Source: an uncultured Methylomirabilota bacterium (GTDB lineage Bacteria > Methylomirabilota > Methylomirabilia > Methylomirabilales > 2-02-FULL-66-22). Taken from it: a stretch of 64,000 nt of DNA. Shown piece after piece: positions 59,342-64,000 of this stretch (position 1 is its first letter; each line of letters starts with the position of its first letter). Position numbers and translations under genes: made by a program. Below the pieces are notes generated by a model. That model had not been told where the DNA came from. It searched no databases and saw nothing but the letters and a program-made list of their open reading frames with translations. The DNA lies in assembly GCA_963845565.1 (NCBI GenBank), contig CAWJSJ010000005.1:832001-896000 (forward strand), read 5' to 3'.

Positions 59342-60089
59342 ATGAGGCCCCGCATCGGAATCACGTCGTGGCACCGGAACGATGCTGACCGGCTCGAGCG
59401 TTGGAATGCAATTCGCGACACCTACACCGGAGCGGTCCGCGCGGCCGGTGGGCTTCCCATCATCTTGCCGATCGGAGATGACGATCCCGAATTGATCGAC
59501 GGGTATCTCGCTGCGGTGGACGGACTGCTGTTCACCGGTGGAGAAGACATCGCCCCGGCCTATTACGGCGAGGCGCGGGACGAGCGCTGTCAGGAGCCGG
59601 ATCCGGAACGGGATCTCTTCGAGATCCACCTCGCGCGTGCAGGCCTGGACCGGCGGGTGCCCGTGCTGGGGATTTGCCGCGGCCTTCAGGTCCTCAACGT
59701 CGCGGCCGGCGGCACGCTCTATCAGGACATCGCGTGTCGGCCCGGCACGGCGGGCTACCATTCCGCAAGTCTGGCGGATCGCGGACGACTGATTCATGGG
59801 GTGCGGCTGATGCCCGGGACACGGTTGCGCGGCGATCATGGGCGTGGCCGGGTCCGAGGTGACCAGCACACACCATCAGTTCGTCAAGGATCTGGCGCCG
59901 GGCTTCGTGGTGGGGGCCGAGAGCGTCGAGGATGGGATCGTCGAGGGAATCGAGGGTCCGGGCGATCCCTTCGCGGTGGCCGTGCAGTGGCATCCGGAGC
60001 GGATATACAAAGAGCGCGCGGAACACTTGGCGGTGTTCAGCAGTCTAGTGGAAGCAGCGAGGGAGCGCCCGATGCGGCGTGGGATGTGA
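59342..60089 (+). CDS. peptidase C26 / gamma-glutamyl hydrolase (PuuD-like); frameshift ~59835
   Basis: DGLLFTGGED, RD.FE, GICRGLQ.LNV, STHHQ, VQWHPE. Confidence 0.9.
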
Positions 60090-60107
60090 AACGTAACACG
60101 TCAGAGA

Positions 60108-60158
60108 AAAACAGAAAGGCGAAGAGGCGCCGTGCGGCCTCCCCGCCCTTCTGTTTTT
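60108..60158. terminator. candidate bidirectional terminator between convergent operons
   Basis: AAAACAGAAAGGCG...CGCCCTTCTGTTTTT imperfect hairpin with A/T tails. Confidence 0.6.
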
Positions 60159-60169
60159 CGCGTTACGCC

Positions 60170-61689
60170 CTAGAAGGGGATCTCCCGCCACGAGTAGCGC
60201 GAGAATCCGGTTGTGGCATACGTGGTCGAGGCCCCCAGGACGTCCCAGGGCCTCGTCGTAGTGCAGGCCTGCAGAACCGCTGCCGTTGATCTGCACGGTA
60301 GTTGCCCGTCAGGGCGCCGAAGACGCTGCCGTTTCCCGAGACCTGCATCGCGGCGCTTGGCGCATAGACGGCGCCGTAAAAATCGCTGTTGCCGTGAATG
60401 TTCACATTGGCAACTGTCGGAAGGCCGTAGATCAGCAAATTCGGCGGGAGGCCCGACAGGTTTGCGATTCCGTTACCGCCGATGTTGATGTCGGTGGTAC
60501 TGGTGTTCCCATCGCCGGTCACGTAGATTTCCACTTTTCCGGTTACGCACAGTTTGGCGCTTCCAGTGATTTGGATCGAGGAGTACAGGTACTTTCCCTC
60601 GGTCAGCGTTTGAGAGCATGCACCATGAGGATTGCCGGAGAGGGACAGTGCGCCCAGGCTCGTCATGCCCGCTGGAATGGTCACAGCCGGCAGATTCCAC
60701 GGCTGCGCCGCAGCGCTGGTTGCCCCGGTGATGGTACCGCCGGCCGCAATGCCCGTGGACGGGTCGCCGCCCGGCCCGACGATGGCTTGGCCGTTCACGA
60801 CGGTGTTTGCGGTGGTTGTAATGGCACCGGCAGCGATGGAGTCGGTGCTGACGTCGCCCTTCGACGGACCGATTATTTGCGGCGGATGAGGCTGCGGTTG
60901 TGGAACAACTCGTACAGTACGGACCGATACGGAGTTATAACTGTCGGTCATGGTGACGCCTTGGAGTGACACGCCGGTGACGCCGTGCGCCGCGTCCGCG
61001 AACGGATCGTTGGTGACCGACCCAATGTTGGGGACCAACTCTATACTAATCATCCGCCGGACGCTCTTTTGAATTCCCTCGCTTGTCACGGTCAGGATTG
61101 GCTGGCTGCTCGCCGACACCACGGTCGTTTCGCAGTTGTTGGCGGGGTCCCAGTACACGGGTAATGTCCCCGGATTTGCGGTGGTGTACGTGCCCGCGCA
61201 CGCGAGCGGGTTCGTGCCGCTGGCGCTATTCACCGCAAGCTGGATACGGGCCCATCCCCACTGGATCGCGTTGGTCGTTTGGATCGTGTTGTAATAGAGA
61301 TAACCGCTGGTAGCCTCCGCGGTGGCCGGAGACCCTCTCGTCAATCCGAAGGTGGGGTCCAGCGTCGGGATCGCGGCCTGCGTCTGCCCGGAAAGCACGT
61401 AAGCCCGCCAGGCGGCTCGTCGTCCCGACAGGGATTCTCGCGGCTGTCGGCGCGGTCGGACTCAGCCGCATCTTGGCCTCTTCCGTTCCTGCGTCGGCGT
61501 TGAAGAGGGCCTGGATACTTCGCGACTCGTTGGTGGCCACCTGATAATCGGATGCCGACAGACTGATCAGGGTCATGCTCATGACGAGCAACAAACCGAC
61601 CAGCAGGAGCGTCAGGACCAAGGCGACGCCGGGGGGCCCACCGTGGAGCCGGCTCCGTGACCGCGGGGACTGACGTGTCGTGTACGCAT
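60170..61689 (-). CDS. PilX-like minor pilin with long G/N/T-rich C-terminal domain; several frameshifts (~61632, ~61415, ~60300, ~60235)
   Basis: G/VALVLTLLL N-terminus lacking E5; ALFNADAG.EEA; FYGAVYAP..; LHYDEAL; reconstructed end SWREIPF*. Confidence 0.7.
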
Positions 61690-61717
61690 GATACCGACCT
61701 CCCGGTAGGGGTTCAGA

Positions 61718-62392
61718 TCAGGGAAGGAGATTTCGCAAGGCCACATCCGTCGTCATGGTGAACGGGATGGTCGTGGTCCCCGCTTGTTGCTGCACGGTCA
61801 GGGCCAACTTGACCTGTCGCACGCTATTTCGCTGCCCACCGACTGCCGGGACGCTGGGAATGTTCGTTCCGGTCACCGGCGCCTGGCTGTCGAGTTGATA
61901 GGTCGTCGTCAGCGGGTATGGGATCGGCACATTGTTCAGTTCGTAATAGGTGAACTTCAGGCTGGCGACCCCCTCGATGAAGGGATCCCCGCCGCAATAC
62001 GTCGTCGTCGAGGTATTCCGGTAGAGGATGGTCCCCGCCGCGCCGGAACAATCCCGGAGGCTGTACGTGACGTACCGCAGGCCGTTGCCGTCCCCCACGT
62101 CCGCATGGAAGCTGATGGTGTCGTTGGTAGCGATGACCAGGGGATCGCCGACTTTGGCCGGGCTGTTGTAACCGGCCATTCGAATCTCGCGCGCCAACCG
62201 TTCGAGGGCGACCCTGGACTGCGATTGTGCGTCCCACTTCAGGCGACCCTTGATATAGCTCGCCTCTCCCGCGTCGTAGATCACGTAGACGCCGTAGAGC
62301 ACGATCAGAAAGATCATGGTCGTGACCAGCATCTCGATCAACGTGAAGCCTGCCTGCGGTCTGGAAAGGCGAGAGGGGAGCGTCGGGCGCAT
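61718..62392 (-). CDS. type IV minor pilin, PilW-like
   Basis: RPQAG/FTLIEML prepilin site; L.RLAREIRMAGY; GAGG RBS. Confidence 0.8.
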   Translation of the reverse strand: MRPTLPSRLSRPQAGFTLIEMLVTTMIFLIVLYGVYVIYDAGEASYIKGRLKWDAQSQSRVALERLAREIRMAGYNSPAKVGDPLVIATNDTISFHADVGDGNGLRYVTYSLRDCSGAAGTILYRNTSTTTYCGGDPFIEGVASLKFTYYELNNVPIPYPLTTTYQLDSQAPVTGTNIPSVPAVGGQRNSVRQVKLALTVQQQAGTTTIPFTMTTDVALRNLLP

Positions 62393-62402
62393 GGCGATAT
62401 CC

Positions 62403-62947
62403 TCAGATGGCCGAGGCCAGGGTTTCGAGTGTGACCGTATACGATGACCGCGTTCGGTCCACGAGACCGTCACGCGAACCTTTCGCAGGATTGCGTTCCC
62501 GGTGGGACCGCTGGCCACGTCTGACACGGCGATGGTTCCATACCCGTTCGTGACGCCGGCCCCTGTCGCGAGGTAGAGGTTGATGTCGTTCGTCCATTTC
62601 GTGATATTCGACGCGCCCATGAAGTTTCCCGGATTCCCCGGGATCGGCGTGGTCGGATCATCCACGGGATAGGTTGCCGTGTTCCGCGTGTCCACCCCCT
62701 GATAGGAGGGAAGGGACGAGAACGGGTCGTTCTTGAGCGTCTCGATCAACTGCTGAGCCAGCGAGACAGCTTTGGAGATCTGTCCCGCCTGATGAATATT
62801 CATGTCCGCGCTCGGAAGAACCGAGGCGATGCCCAGGAGGGCGACGACCATGATCGTCGCAGCGAGAAGAACTTCCAGCAGGGTGAAGCCGTCGTGTCGG
62901 CGGGCGACGTATGAGACGCATGAATTGACGGGTTTACGGCAACGCAT
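62403..62947 (-). CDS. type IV minor pilin, PilV-like; frameshift ~62445
   Basis: RHDG/FTLLEVL; A..LAQQ.IE.LK; V.VTVSW; true end YTVTLETLASAI* lies in another frame. Confidence 0.8.
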
Positions 62948-62962
62948 GAGCAACACCTCTTT

Positions 62963-63520
62963 TTACTGGATCGTCGCCTTTCCGATAACGTTCGTGATCA
63001 CGGTCTTGGAGCCGGCGGTGCTCTGCAAGACGATGTTCAGAGGGGAGGTACTGTTCGCCAGAAATCCCTGCGAATTGAAAACCAGCGTGTTGCCGGTCGC
63101 GACCGAGACGCCCTTGTAGTCGCTGTTAAGGGGGAACCACACGGTGAGGACATTACTACCCGTGCCGGGATACGCGGTGAGCGCCGGCCAGGCGGCAGAT
63201 GGACTGTTTCGCGTTTCGACCCGGTACATGTTGGCCTTTGTGGTATCGGTGGTGTCGCTGGAACCGGGATTTGGCGCTACGCCGTTCTGATTGAATACGA
63301 TCAAACGGGCCTGGACACCCCGCGTAAGGGCGCTGGATTGGGCCATGCGAACGTCCTCGGCTAACCGGCGCGCGGCCCCATCCACTCCTCTGCGCTGGAT
63401 CCCGCCCAGGACACCAGGGAGCGCAAAACCCGATATCACGGTCATGATAGCCACCACGATGACCAACTCTATGAGCGTGTAGCCCCTTTGCCTTCTCGAG
63501 TGTTGCCGATCACGCGCCAT
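62963..63520 (-). CDS. type IV minor pilin, FimT/FimU (GspH-like)
   Basis: RQRG/YTLIELVIV; ..MAQS.A; FNSQG; GGAGG RBS. Confidence 0.85.
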   Translation of the reverse strand: MARDRQHSRRQRGYTLIELVIVVAIMTVISGFALPGVLGGIQRRGVDGAARRLAEDVRMAQSSALTRGVQARLIVFNQNGVAPNPGSSDTTDTTKANMYRVETRNSPSAAWPALTAYPGTGSNVLTVWFPLNSDYKGVSVATGNTLVFNSQGFLANSTSPLNIVLQSTAGSKTVITNVIGKATIQ

Positions 63521-63605
63521 ATTCCTCCCTGCCTGTGCGCCGGGCCGATTGCTGCATCTGGTATTCACCCATTGACGCCCATCGTCTGGGGACACGACGG
63601 ACAAA

Positions 63606-63622
63606 TGCAACTCTAGTGCCGT
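63606..63622 (-). promoter_or_regulatory. sigma54 (-24/-12) promoter of the pilin operon
   Basis: Minus strand reads CGGCAC-TAGAG-TTGCA. Confidence 0.7.
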
Positions 63623-63690
63623 TGGTGAATCATAAATAGAAACATTTAAAAACCAAAGAGTTAACAAATATACTTCCACGGGGTGTTCTA

Positions 63691-63720
63691 TTCAATTTCT
63701 GTCAATTTTTGTCAATTTTG
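63691..63720. promoter_or_regulatory. candidate enhancer-binding-protein site, three 10-bp direct repeats
   Basis: TTCAATTTCT GTCAATTTTT GTCAATTTTG, ~70-100 bp upstream of the sigma54 site and past an AT-rich tract. Confidence 0.5.
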
Positions 63721-63751
63721 CACGCGTGGCGCGCTACGAAGGATCAGAATG

Positions 63752-64000
63752 TCAGGAGGAATCACGGAGAGTTCGCGATAGCTTCGAGGACCTTGTCTGA
63801 ACTGACTCGAGAAGCAACGAGTGGGTAGGGTTGCCCACGATCGTTTTGGCCGTATCCAGGAGGCGTTCAGGTCTGTGAAGCGCAAAACGTGCATGCATTC
63901 CCTGGAGGCGCCCAAGCGAGGCCTGGAGCCGTGCGCTGGAGAGGCGCCCGCTCCGGACGGCGGCCTCCACGGCGGCGATGGCCAGGCGCTGCGGGTCGGC
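63752..64000 (-). CDS. nagZ: probable GH3 beta-N-acetylhexosaminidase C-terminus (5'-truncated by window)
   Basis: Q.LAI.AVEAAVRSGRLSSARLQASLGRL...VGNPTH resembles GH3/NagZ C-termini; catalytic motifs are outside the window. Confidence 0.5.
   Translation of the reverse strand, partial: ADPQRLAIAAVEAAVRSGRLSSARLQASLGRLQGMHARFALHRPERLLDTAKTIVGNPTHSLLLESVQTRSSKLSRTLRDSS

Noticed and set aside
61718..62956. Apparent 412-aa double-pilin fusion
   Set aside because: Caused by a single frameshift near 62445. The PilV-like gene has its own end at 62403, and the PilW-like gene has its own RBS and ATG at 62392.

Overview
High-GC bacterial chromosomal window from a diderm organism. The gene order resembles Methylomirabilota/NC10 or Desulfobacterota-like genomes, but that placement is inference and unverified. 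Left to right: the argH 3' end and an FN3 lipoprotein; a ~15 kb accessory block with small genes, a minus-strand catabolic locus (two tandem paralogous TRAP transporters, transaldolase, amidohydrolase, class-III aminotransferase, SIS protein) and an Fe-S aldo/keto reductase; lysA-dapA-dapB-dapL-folB-folK-dNK-panC; a complete dcw cluster mraZ..ftsZ with two unusual inserts (a 58-aa ORF plus a STAS protein after mraZ, and an alpha/beta-hydrolase + membrane-anchored MurF + divergent Ddl cassette in place of canonical murF/ddl); a minus-strand run of assorted enzymes headed by a radical SAM gene with a candidate SOS box; an M20 peptidase-anmK-SIS-C26 hydrolase operon (candidate new peptidoglycan-recycling route); a candidate sigma54-driven type IV minor-pilin operon; and a probable nagZ 3' end. 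Two families of ~100-200 bp palindromic MITE/REP-like repeats sit directly behind stop codons, always in the sense orientation. About 14 genes outside the dcw cluster carry single-base frameshifts, most likely long-read errors. No rRNA, tRNA, CRISPR array, integrase or transposase was recognised.
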